Positions 16,564 to 24,663 of a DNA stretch of 32,000 nucleotides are shown here, in pieces (position 1 is the first letter of the stretch; the number at the start of each line of letters is the position of its first letter). The stretch comes from Cupriavidus necator. GTDB lineage: Bacteria > Pseudomonadota > Gammaproteobacteria > Burkholderiales > Burkholderiaceae. The stretch is taken from contig NZ_CP066019.1 of NCBI RefSeq assembly GCF_016127575.1, positions 1,320,001 through 1,352,000 of the forward strand, read 5' to 3'. The notes under the pieces were generated by a model, which was given only the letters and a program-made list of their open reading frames with translations, had not been told where the DNA came from and did no database searches. Made by a program: the position numbers and the translations under genes.

Positions 16564-18411
16564 ATGACAGGCCTGCCTGCCGCCACGCCTTTGCTCGACC
16601 GCGCACCTGTCGCATCTGGTACCCCCATCGCCGCAGCACTTGCGCATGCGCGGCTGCCGCCGCTGCATGCGGTATTCCAGCCGATCGTGCAGGCGGACAA
16701 TGCCGAGATCCTCGGCTACGAGGCGCTGATCCGGGGGCCGGCGGGCTCGCCCTGGGCGAGCCCGGACGCGTTGTTCCGGCTGGCGCAGGGCGTTGCCGCG
16801 ACCATGGCGCTGGAGATCCACGCGGCGCGCACTGCGCTGGCCGCCTGGCGCAGCCTGGACCTGCCCGGCAAGCTGTTCCTCAATTTCAGCCCCATGACGT
16901 TGCGGCACCTGCTGGCCGAGCGCGGGCGGCTGATGGCGGCGCTGCTGGAGGCCGGTATTGCGCCGTCGCGCCTGGTGATCGAAATCACCGAACAGACCCC
17001 GATCGGCGATGCTGCCAGCTTTGCCCAGGCGATGGCGGTGCTGCGCGAGCTTGGCATGCAGTACGCGCTGGATGATTTCGGCACCGGGCATGCCAACCTC
17101 GACCTGCTCGCGCACCTGTCGCCGCAGTTCGTCAAGATCGACAAATCGCTGGTGCGGGGCATTGCGTCCTGTTCGCGGCGGCTGGAGATCCTGCGCGCGC
17201 TGCTGCGCGTGATGAGCGCCTTTGGCGGGCGCGTGATCGCCGAAGGCGTCGAGGACGAAGACGAGCTCGCCGTGATCCGCGACCTGGGCGTGGCCGGCGC
17301 CCAGGGCTACTACGTGGGCCGGCCCTTGTTGCGGCCGGCCGCGCAGGCGCCGCAGCACGTGCACCAGGCGTTGGCTTCGCGGCATATCGCCGTGTTTCCG
17401 CAAATGGTGCGCTCAGGCTGGTCGGGCATCACCGCCGGGCGCCTGCTGCGGCCTGCGCCGACGGTGTCGCCTGCCACCAGCAACGATGCGGTGCTGCGCG
17501 TCTTCCAGGACCAGCCCGACCTGCAGGCCGTGGCCGTCGTCAATGACGAAGGCCGGCCGCTGGCGATCATCAGCCGCCAGGCTTTCATCGACCGCTACGC
17601 GGCGCCATTCCATCGCGAGCTGTATGGCAAGAAGGCCTGCATCGCCATGGCCAACCGCGAGCCGGCCTGCTTTGACCATCGCGCCAGCCTGGAGGAGATG
17701 GCGCAGATCCTGTCCGGCGAGAACACGCGCTCGCTTGCCGATGGTTTCGTGATTACCGAACAGGGCCGCTATATCGGCCTGGGCACCGGCGCTGATCTGA
17801 TCCGGGCCATCACCGAAGTGCGCATGGAGGCGGCGCGCTACGCCAATCCGCTGACCTTCCTGCCCGGCAATATCCCGCTGAACCAGCATATCGAGCGCCT
17901 GATCGAAGCCGCCAGCGAGTTCCGCGCCTGCTATGTCGACCTGAACCACTTCAAGCCCTTCAACGACAAATATGGCTACTGGAAGGGCGATGAAATGCTC
18001 AAGGGCGCGGCCGCCATCCTGGCCGAGGCCTGTGATCCCGCACGCGATTTTCTCGGCCATGTGGGCGGCGACGACTTCCTGGTGCTGTACCAGAGCAGCG
18101 ACTGGGCCGCGCGCCTGCAAGCTGCGATCCGGCGCTTCAATGACGCGGCGCGCGCCATGTATTCGCCCGCCGATCGCAACGCCGGCGGCATGCATGGCGA
18201 AGACCGCCACGGGCGGCCGGTCTTTTTTGCGCCAGTGTCGATGGCGGTTGGCGTGGTGTGCGTGAGCGGCGAGGGCGTGGCGGGCCTGCAGCGGCTGGGC
18301 AGCCAGCATATCGGCGCCGCCGCGGCGGCGGCCAAGCGCGAGGCCAAGCGCTCGGCAACCGGCATGGCCGTGCTGGATTTCCTGTCGCTGGCCGCGACGC
18401 TGTCGGTCTAG
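16564..18411 (+). CDS. c-di-GMP signalling protein: EAL phosphodiesterase - CBS pair - GGDEF-like (GGDDF) domain
   Basis: EAL residues are intact (EALIR, FLNFS, EITE, DDFGTG, KIDKS, EGVE, QGYY). There are two CBS-like repeats. The C-terminal GGDEF-fold domain has the motif HVGGDDFLVL. The start is uncertain (ATG 16564, no clear RBS). Confidence 0.85.
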   Translation: MTGLPAATPLLDRAPVASGTPIAAALAHARLPPLHAVFQPIVQADNAEILGYEALIRGPAGSPWASPDALFRLAQGVAATMALEIHAARTALAAWRSLDLPGKLFLNFSPMTLRHLLAERGRLMAALLEAGIAPSRLVIEITEQTPIGDAASFAQAMAVLRELGMQYALDDFGTGHANLDLLAHLSPQFVKIDKSLVRGIASCSRRLEILRALLRVMSAFGGRVIAEGVEDEDELAVIRDLGVAGAQGYYVGRPLLRPAAQAPQHVHQALASRHIAVFPQMVRSGWSGITAGRLLRPAPTVSPATSNDAVLRVFQDQPDLQAVAVVNDEGRPLAIISRQAFIDRYAAPFHRELYGKKACIAMANREPACFDHRASLEEMAQILSGENTRSLADGFVITEQGRYIGLGTGADLIRAITEVRMEAARYANPLTFLPGNIPLNQHIERLIEAASEFRACYVDLNHFKPFNDKYGYWKGDEMLKGAAAILAEACDPARDFLGHVGGDDFLVLYQSSDWAARLQAAIRRFNDAARAMYSPADRNAGGMHGEDRHGRPVFFAPVSMAVGVVCVSGEGVAGLQRLGSQHIGAAAAAAKREAKRSATGMAVLDFLSLAATLSV

Positions 18412-19163
18412 CGGTCCGGCTGCCTGCGTCTGGTGAGCCGGCGGTCCGACGCGGGCAGCCTGGGCGTTGCGCCCCCTTCCAGTACGTCGAGCCGGTAGCC
18501 GTGAGCGTAGACGACAGTGATGACGATGCCGTTGGCGATGCCGATGCGCAGGGTCTTGCGCAGGCGCGACATCAGTCCCGCCAGTGCCCGCGACAGCGGC
18601 GCCAGTTCATGCCGCCACACCGCCTGCTGGATGCGGTCGCTGGACAGGACCCTGCCGACATTGGAAAACAACAGCATGGCCAGGTCGAATTCCTTCGGCG
18701 TCATTTCGATGCGCTCGTCGTGCAGCGTGGCAAAGCGGCCCACGCTGTTGAGCTGGTAGGGGCCGACGCGCACTACCAGGCCCTGGCGCAGGCGCTCGCC
18801 GGTCACCCGGCGGCGCAGCGCCGTGATGCGTGCCATGAGCACGCGCACATTGAGCGGGCGGCACACGTAGTCATCAGCGCCGGCGTCGAGTGCATCGATG
18901 AGGCCGTCTTCACTGCTGTCGGCCGCAAGCATGATGATGGGCACATCGCGTGAGCGCGCACAGCGCACGGCACGGATAACGTCGATGGCCGGCAGGTCTG
19001 GCAGTTCATCATCGATCAGCAGCATGTCGAACGGTACCTGGCTAACACCGTGGATCAGGTCGCGGCCCGTTTCAAACACGTTGCAACGATAACCGGAACG
19101 TGCCAGCAGTTCCGGCACCGGCCGGAGTTGGGGCGACTTGCCCATGAGCAGCGCAATATTCAT
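18408..19163 (-). CDS. OmpR-family winged-helix regulator with an atypical receiver domain
   Basis: MNIALLMGKS... lacks the N-terminal acidic pair. The acceptor-region LLIDDELPD is present. The conserved Lys in the KPF motif is replaced (YVCRPL). The C-terminal winged helix is present (MTPKEFDLAMLLF...VYAHGYRL). I chose ATG 19163 within track ORF 18408-19493. Confidence 0.8.
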   Translation of the reverse strand: MNIALLMGKSPQLRPVPELLARSGYRCNVFETGRDLIHGVSQVPFDMLLIDDELPDLPAIDVIRAVRCARSRDVPIIMLAADSSEDGLIDALDAGADDYVCRPLNVRVLMARITALRRRVTGERLRQGLVVRVGPYQLNSVGRFATLHDERIEMTPKEFDLAMLLFSNVGRVLSSDRIQQAVWRHELAPLSRALAGLMSRLRKTLRIGIANGIVITVVYAHGYRLDVLEGGATPRLPASDRRLTRRRQPDR

Positions 19164-19414
19164 CGATGGCGAAATACGAGAGCCGTGGCAGGGACGGCCG
19201 GACCGCGGCAGGGCTGGAGCCGGACAGCGATGGAACGAAGGCAGGCACCAGGCGCGCACGCACGCAGCACTACCGTTCGCAAGCAGCAAGCGTACAAAAA
19301 GTGTGGTCCACAGGACAATCGGACATTTCTGAAATTTCTGCTGTTTTTTTGATGGCGCTCGCGTTGTTGGCGTGAGGGGGCGTATGTCGGCGGCGCCGAT
19401 GGCGATATGGAAAG

Positions 19415-19437
19415 TTGTCCACAGCTCCTGTGGACAA
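19415..19437. promoter_or_regulatory. 23-bp perfect palindrome made of two convergent TTGTCCACA 9-mers (DnaA-box-like)
   Basis: TTGTCCACAG-CTC-CTGTGGACAA. A related TGGTCCACA lies inside the palindrome TGTGGTCCACA at 19302-19312. Confidence 0.4.
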
Positions 19438-19600
19438 GCCAGGGCGCAGTGGCCGGACTGCGGCCTGGCACCGTGATGCTGTCGGCGTGCCAAAAAAGAA
19501 GGCAGCGCGCGGGCACTATGGGCGCCGTGCTGTCAACATTCGGGCAGGGTGTGCCAAAATAGCGCGCATCGCGTTCCGGTCCGGGGACTCAAGCCCACCG

Positions 19601-21037
19601 ATGCTGCAGAGCCCGAGTGTCATCGCCATCATCGTCCTGTGCTTTCACGTCGTCGGCGTGGTGGCTGCCCTGCATGCCGTCATGACGGTGCGCACCGCGC
19701 CCGGCGCGATCGCGTGGGCGGGGTCGCTGCTGATGATGCCGTACTTCACGCTGGTGCCCTACCTGATCTTCGGGCGCAGCACCTTCGCCGGCTACGTCGA
19801 CGCCCGGCGCTTCAATGACGACCACCTGCGCGAGCTGCGCCACGGCATGACCCCGCGCGAGCGCGAGGCGCGCAGCGCCTGCGTGGTCCATGCGCCGGCG
19901 CAGGCCTGCATGCGTGCGCTACCCCGGCTGACCGGCATGCCGTGCCTGGCCAACAATGACGTGCGCTTGCTGGTCAACGGCGAGCAGACCTTCGAGGCGA
20001 TCTTTGCCGCGATCGCGCGGGCCAGCCAGGTGCTGATCGTGCAGTTCTTCATCGTGCATGACGATGCGCTGGGCCAGCGCCTGCAGGCGCTGCTGTGCGA
20101 GCGCGCGCGGGCCGGCGTCAAGGTGTACTTCCTGTTCGATCGCATCGGCTGCCACGCGCTGCCGCGCCGCTACGTGCGCACGCTGGCCGAGGCCGGCGTC
20201 GATGCGCGGGCGTTCTCCACGCACCGCGGCTTTGTCAACCGGTTTCAGCTCAATTTTCGCAACCATCGCAAGCTGGTGATCGTCGATGGCAGCGAGGCCT
20301 TTGTCGGTGGCCACAACGTCGGCGTCGAATACCTGGGCGAACGCCCGCCACTGGCGCCGTGGCGCGACACCCATATTGCACTGCGCGGCAGCGCCGTGCT
20401 GGACCTGCAGATGGCCTTTGCCGAAGACTGGTTCTGGGCCGCGCGCGAGGTGCCGCACCTGCTGATGCCGCCGCCAGAAGCGGGCGGGCGCATGACCTGC
20501 CAGGTGGTGCCGTCAGGCCCTGCCGACGCGCAGGAGACCTGTTCGCTGTTCTTTGTCGAGGCCATCCAGGCGGCGCGCCACCGGCTGTGGATCACGTCGC
20601 CGTATTTCGTGCCCGACGAGGCGGTGTTTGCGGTGCTGCGGCTGGCCGTGCTGCGCGGCGTGGATGTGCGCATCCTGATTCCAGCGCGGCCCGATCACCT
20701 GGTGGTCTATGCCGCCTCCACTATCTATGCGTACCAGGCCGTGTCCGCGGGCATCAAGCTGTATCGCTACCAGCCCGGCTTCCTGCACCAGAAGGTCATC
20801 CTGATCGACGACGAAGCCGCGGCGGTCGGCACCGCCAACCTGGACAACCGCTCGTTCCGGCTCAACTTCGAGCTGATGGTGATGACTGCCGACAAGGGCT
20901 TTGCCGCGAGCGTGGCCACCATGCTCGAAGCCGACTTCGCCCAAGCCCGGCGCGTCGGGCTGAACGAGTTCCTCGATGCGCCGGCGCCGCTGCGCGTGGC
21001 GATGCACGTCGCCAAGCTGTTTGCGCCCATCCTCTGA
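19601..21037 (+). CDS. cls: Cardiolipin synthase (PLD superfamily, ClsA-type)
   Basis: Two N-terminal TM segments and two HKD motifs (NHRKLVIVDG and LHQKVILIDD). I chose ATG 19601 within track ORF 19415-21037. Confidence 0.9.
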   Translation: MLQSPSVIAIIVLCFHVVGVVAALHAVMTVRTAPGAIAWAGSLLMMPYFTLVPYLIFGRSTFAGYVDARRFNDDHLRELRHGMTPREREARSACVVHAPAQACMRALPRLTGMPCLANNDVRLLVNGEQTFEAIFAAIARASQVLIVQFFIVHDDALGQRLQALLCERARAGVKVYFLFDRIGCHALPRRYVRTLAEAGVDARAFSTHRGFVNRFQLNFRNHRKLVIVDGSEAFVGGHNVGVEYLGERPPLAPWRDTHIALRGSAVLDLQMAFAEDWFWAAREVPHLLMPPPEAGGRMTCQVVPSGPADAQETCSLFFVEAIQAARHRLWITSPYFVPDEAVFAVLRLAVLRGVDVRILIPARPDHLVVYAASTIYAYQAVSAGIKLYRYQPGFLHQKVILIDDEAAAVGTANLDNRSFRLNFELMVMTADKGFAASVATMLEADFAQARRVGLNEFLDAPAPLRVAMHVAKLFAPIL

Positions 21038-21101
21038 AGCCCGCATTCCGGTCCGCTGGTTCCTGCAATTCTCAATGCAAAAGACTTGTTGCGGCCTGAT
21101 T

Positions 21102-21127
21102 GTGTACACTGTTCACTATACGCGTAT
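21102..21127. promoter_or_regulatory. Candidate TetR operator / promoter region
   Basis: Two short perfect palindromes, GTGTACAC (21102-21109) and ATACGCGTAT (21118-21127), in an AT-richer stretch 40-65 nt upstream of the tetR-family ATG. Confidence 0.3.
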
Positions 21128-21166
21128 GCACATCATGAACCGTTATCCATATTCAAGGGGAGCCGC

Positions 21167-21811
21167 ATGACCCGGGCTGTCCCCGCGCCTCCGGCGCGCG
21201 CCACCTACCGCCACGGCGACCTGCGCCGCGCGCTGCTGGACGCAGGCATCGACCTGGCACGCGAGGGTGGCCCCGACGCCATCGTGCTGCGCGAGGCCAC
21301 ACGCCGTGCCGGCGTGGTGCCCAATGCCGCGTACCGGCACTTCGCCAGCCGGCAGGACCTGCTGCAGGCAGTGCGGGCCTCGGCCTTGTCGTCGCTTGCC
21401 ATTGCTATGGAGGGGGAAATCGGCGGGCTGCGCCCGGGCCGTGGAGCCGCCGCGCATGCGCGTGCCTGCCTGCGTGCGGTCGGCACCGGCTACCTGCGCT
21501 TTGCGCTGGCCGAGACCGGACTGTTCCGCACCGCGTTTTCGGTGCCGGATGAAGTGGAAGATGATGCCGATCCGGCCAAGGCAGGCAACAGCGGTCTCAA
21601 TCCGTTCCAGCTGCTGGGCGCGGCGCTGGACAAGCTGGTGGAAGCCGGCGTGCTGCCGCCCGAGCGCCGGCCGGGTGCGGAGTACCTGGCGTGGTCGGCC
21701 GTGCATGGCCTGGCCGTCCTGCTGATCGACGGCCCGCTGCGCAGCCGCGCCAAGGAGCAGGCAGAGATCCTCGGGCAGCGCCTGCTCGACATGGTCGAGA
21801 AGGGCCTCTAG
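21167..21811 (+). CDS. TetR/AcrR family transcriptional regulator
   Basis: N-terminal HTH LREATRRAGVVPNAAYRHFASRQDLL. AAGGGGAG RBS before ATG 21167. Confidence 0.9.
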   Translation: MTRAVPAPPARATYRHGDLRRALLDAGIDLAREGGPDAIVLREATRRAGVVPNAAYRHFASRQDLLQAVRASALSSLAIAMEGEIGGLRPGRGAAAHARACLRAVGTGYLRFALAETGLFRTAFSVPDEVEDDADPAKAGNSGLNPFQLLGAALDKLVEAGVLPPERRPGAEYLAWSAVHGLAVLLIDGPLRSRAKEQAEILGQRLLDMVEKGL

Positions 21812-21833
21812 CGCCTGCAGCAGGATCACGGCG

Positions 21834-21869
21834 AAAAAAATGCCACGATGGCCAGAAACCATCGTGGCA
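21834..21869 (-). terminator. Rho-independent terminator oriented for the reverse strand, with no reverse-strand CDS upstream of it
   Basis: The + strand reads A7-TGCCACGATGG-CCAGAAA-CCATCGTGGCA, so the reverse strand has an 11-bp perfect stem followed by U7. Confidence 0.7.
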
Positions 21870-21930
21870 GTGTAAGGAACCAGGAAGGGGGGCAACCTGG
21901 CTCTGTCGGGGCACCCGCGGGCCGGGTGCA
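21834..21930 (-). ncRNA. Candidate ~95-nt small RNA (reverse strand)
   Basis: Reverse-strand promoter-like ATTCAG (21963-21958) - 16 nt - TACAGT (21941-21936). Hairpin GCACCCG/CGGGTGC (21911-21929). Hairpin CCAGG/CCTGG (21880-21900), whose reverse-strand loop is UUGCCCCCCUU. Terminator at 21834-21869. No ORF. Confidence 0.3.
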
Positions 21931-22126
21931 AGAGGACTGTATTCCGTTGCTTCTCAGCTGAATATCGGACATTTCTTAAATATCGCCCTGAATTGTCTCG
22001 ATCTACGCAGGTCGATTGCCGCGCGCTATCAGGGCGCGTCCGCATTTCGAGGAATTGCGCGGCCTGCAGAACAGTCTAACTTGCTGTCAGGCAGCCGAAC
22101 GCCGGCGCCACGGTGAGGAGCGGATC

Positions 22127-22698
<572 letters not shown>

Positions 22699-22750
22699 GC
22701 GGACAGGCTATGCCGCGGCGCGCGCAACGCGCCCCGCGCGATCCGGCGTG

Positions 22751-23170
22751 CTATGGCAACTGGCGCAGCTGCCCGATCACCGACATCAGCCGTCCGTGCG
22801 CCACGATGACGCCGGACTCGTCCTGCAGGGCTTCCTGGTAACGCTTGCGAAAGGCCGGGTCAGAACCGTCGCTGAACAGTCTTTCCGCTGCGCGTCCGAC
22901 TGCACGGCAGGTTTCGTCGTGGTGTTCCTTGGCCTCCAGCTCTTCGTCGATCTCGATGATCAGGCGCGACAGCGGGTCAAGCCAGCGGAAGTAGTTGTCT
23001 TCAGTCACCAGTTGCACAAACAGGCCTGCAGGAATCGGGCCGTTCAGGCGCTCATACTGGGTTCTGTCATAGCCGATGACTTCCTTGTGAACCTGCAGCA
23101 AGGCAGCCCGCAGGGCTTTCAGCCCCGAGCGCCGGGTTTCCTGGGTGGCGAGGAATTGTTCGTTGGGCAT
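22751..23170 (-). CDS. Hypothetical protein (139 aa), no recognisable motif
   Basis: ORF with GGAG 6 nt upstream of ATG 23170 (MPNEQFLATQETRRSGLKALRAALLQVHKEV...). The track ORF is extended to 23245. Confidence 0.55.
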   Translation of the reverse strand: MPNEQFLATQETRRSGLKALRAALLQVHKEVIGYDRTQYERLNGPIPAGLFVQLVTEDNYFRWLDPLSRLIIEIDEELEAKEHHDETCRAVGRAAERLFSDGSDPAFRKRYQEALQDESGVIVAHGRLMSVIGQLRQLP

Positions 23171-23422
23171 CCCCATCTCCGCGTTTCTACTTGTTCCGGT
23201 CCAGGCAGGCGGTGCGCAATTGCATCCCATGGGTCGCCGCTGCACTTCGTGCCAGTGGCGATTGCCTGCTGGATTCTCCGGGCGCGGCCGGCCATGCCTG
23301 GCACTGTGCGGCGCGCTGCCAGTATAGGCACGCCCCGCAGCCCGAGCCAGCGCTGCCAGCTAGCGAAATACCCGTATTTGCGCCGGCTGCGCGGCATGAT
23401 TGGCGCCAGTTGCAAGCCGCCC

Positions 23423-24550
23423 TCAGTCGCCTTCGGCGGATTGCGACGCTTGCGCCAGCAGGTCGGCAGCACGCGAGCGCCGCGCGTCCGCGGCGCGGAA
23501 GTAACGTACAACCGTCGACACGCTTGCGTGGCCGGTCATGGCCATGGTCTCGGCCAGCGGCACCTGTTGCGCAGCAGCCTCGGTAACGAAGCCCGAGCGC
23601 AGTGAATGCGCTGAGTAGTCGCCCTCCAGTCCCGCCAATGCGCAGCGCGTCTTGACGATGCGGCTGACCGCCGCATCGGACAAACCTTCTCCCACATGCC
23701 CGCCGCGGCGGATGCGGCGAAACAGCGGCCCGCTGTTGATGCCGGCGGCAGCAAGCCATGCCTCCAGCGCCTGGCCGGCGGCACCGGTGACGGGCTTGGC
23801 GGTATCGGCGCGCTCGTTGCCTGACTGGTTGGTCTTGGACCAGCCCAGTGCATAGACGAAATCACCGGGGCCAAGCCGGGTGAGGTGGCCGAGGGTCGCG
23901 CGCGCGACTTCAGAGCGGCGGCGCCCGCCACTGGCCCATGCAAACAGCAGCAGCGCGCGGTCGCGCAGGCCGCGCAGCGAGTCATCACAGGTATCGAGCA
24001 GGCGCAGCAGCGGATCGCGGGTCAGCGCCGCCTTGCGCGCCTGGCGCTGTCCGCGGCGCGCATAGGCGCGCCGGATGCCGGCCATCAGTTCGCGCACCGC
24101 AGCTTCGGCGCAAGGGTTGGGCAAGGCCTGCAGGCGATGGGCCTTGGCCAGTACCGCCAGCCGGTGCGTCAGCGTGGACAGCGCGGGCGGGCCGGGTCGT
24201 GCCTTGTATCCGTCAGCGACCAGCGCCTGGTCGATGGCCGCGGGCATCTCGCAGACAGGACCTTGCGGCGTCTGTCGCGTGGCGTGGTCGACGATGAACT
24301 GGATGACGACGGCAGGCGCGAGCGGGAGCTGCACAGGTTGCCGGTAGCGCAGGGCATACCAGGCAGACCAGTAGCGCAGTGCGGACCGGTAGCTTGCCAC
24401 CGTGTTTTGGGATTCGCCTTCGCGGCGCAAGGCATTGGCCGCTTGCTCGGCAAGGGGATCCAGTTCGGACGGGCGAAGCGGCGCCGGTAGTTCGACATCG
24501 GATGCAATCGGTGGAAAGTAGGCTTCGTGGGCTTCTCGGATTTTTATCAT
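23423..24550 (-). CDS. Tyrosine-type site-specific recombinase / integrase
   Basis: Catalytic signature GGRRRSE (Arg I), HSLRSGF (H-x-x-R) and GHASVSTVVRYF (His/Tyr), with an N-terminal SAM-like core-binding region (NTVASYRSALRYWSAWY). Confidence 0.9.
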   Translation of the reverse strand: MIKIREAHEAYFPPIASDVELPAPLRPSELDPLAEQAANALRREGESQNTVASYRSALRYWSAWYALRYRQPVQLPLAPAVVIQFIVDHATRQTPQGPVCEMPAAIDQALVADGYKARPGPPALSTLTHRLAVLAKAHRLQALPNPCAEAAVRELMAGIRRAYARRGQRQARKAALTRDPLLRLLDTCDDSLRGLRDRALLLFAWASGGRRRSEVARATLGHLTRLGPGDFVYALGWSKTNQSGNERADTAKPVTGAAGQALEAWLAAAGINSGPLFRRIRRGGHVGEGLSDAAVSRIVKTRCALAGLEGDYSAHSLRSGFVTEAAAQQVPLAETMAMTGHASVSTVVRYFRAADARRSRAADLLAQASQSAEGD

Positions 24551-24555
24551 ATTAA

Positions 24556-24636
24556 ATATGATGTATGCTGTAATGTATCATATGAATAGGACAGATAACA
24601 GCCGATAAGTCTCCATTATCGAACCTTATTTGTCCT
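24556..24636. promoter_or_regulatory. AT-rich divergent int/kfrA control region with several dyad symmetries
   Basis: ATATGAT...ATCATAT (24556-24562 / 24577-24583), with the direct repeat ATGTAT twice. Nested dyads AGGACAGATAA (24588-24598) / TTATTTGTCCT (24626-24636, 10/11) enclose CGATAA-N7-TTATCG (24603-24621). Confidence 0.45.
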
Positions 24637-24663
24637 CTCACAGACTTTTTGCCGGATCCCATC

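Noticed and set aside
23171-23422. Search for att-type direct repeats or a tRNA/tmRNA target flanking the integrase module.
   Set aside because: I found no tRNA-like cloverleaf sequence and no convincing direct repeat of 12 bp or more shared between this spacer, 21812-22126 and the region right of 26712 by eye. This needs a computational repeat search, so the islet boundaries are left undefined.
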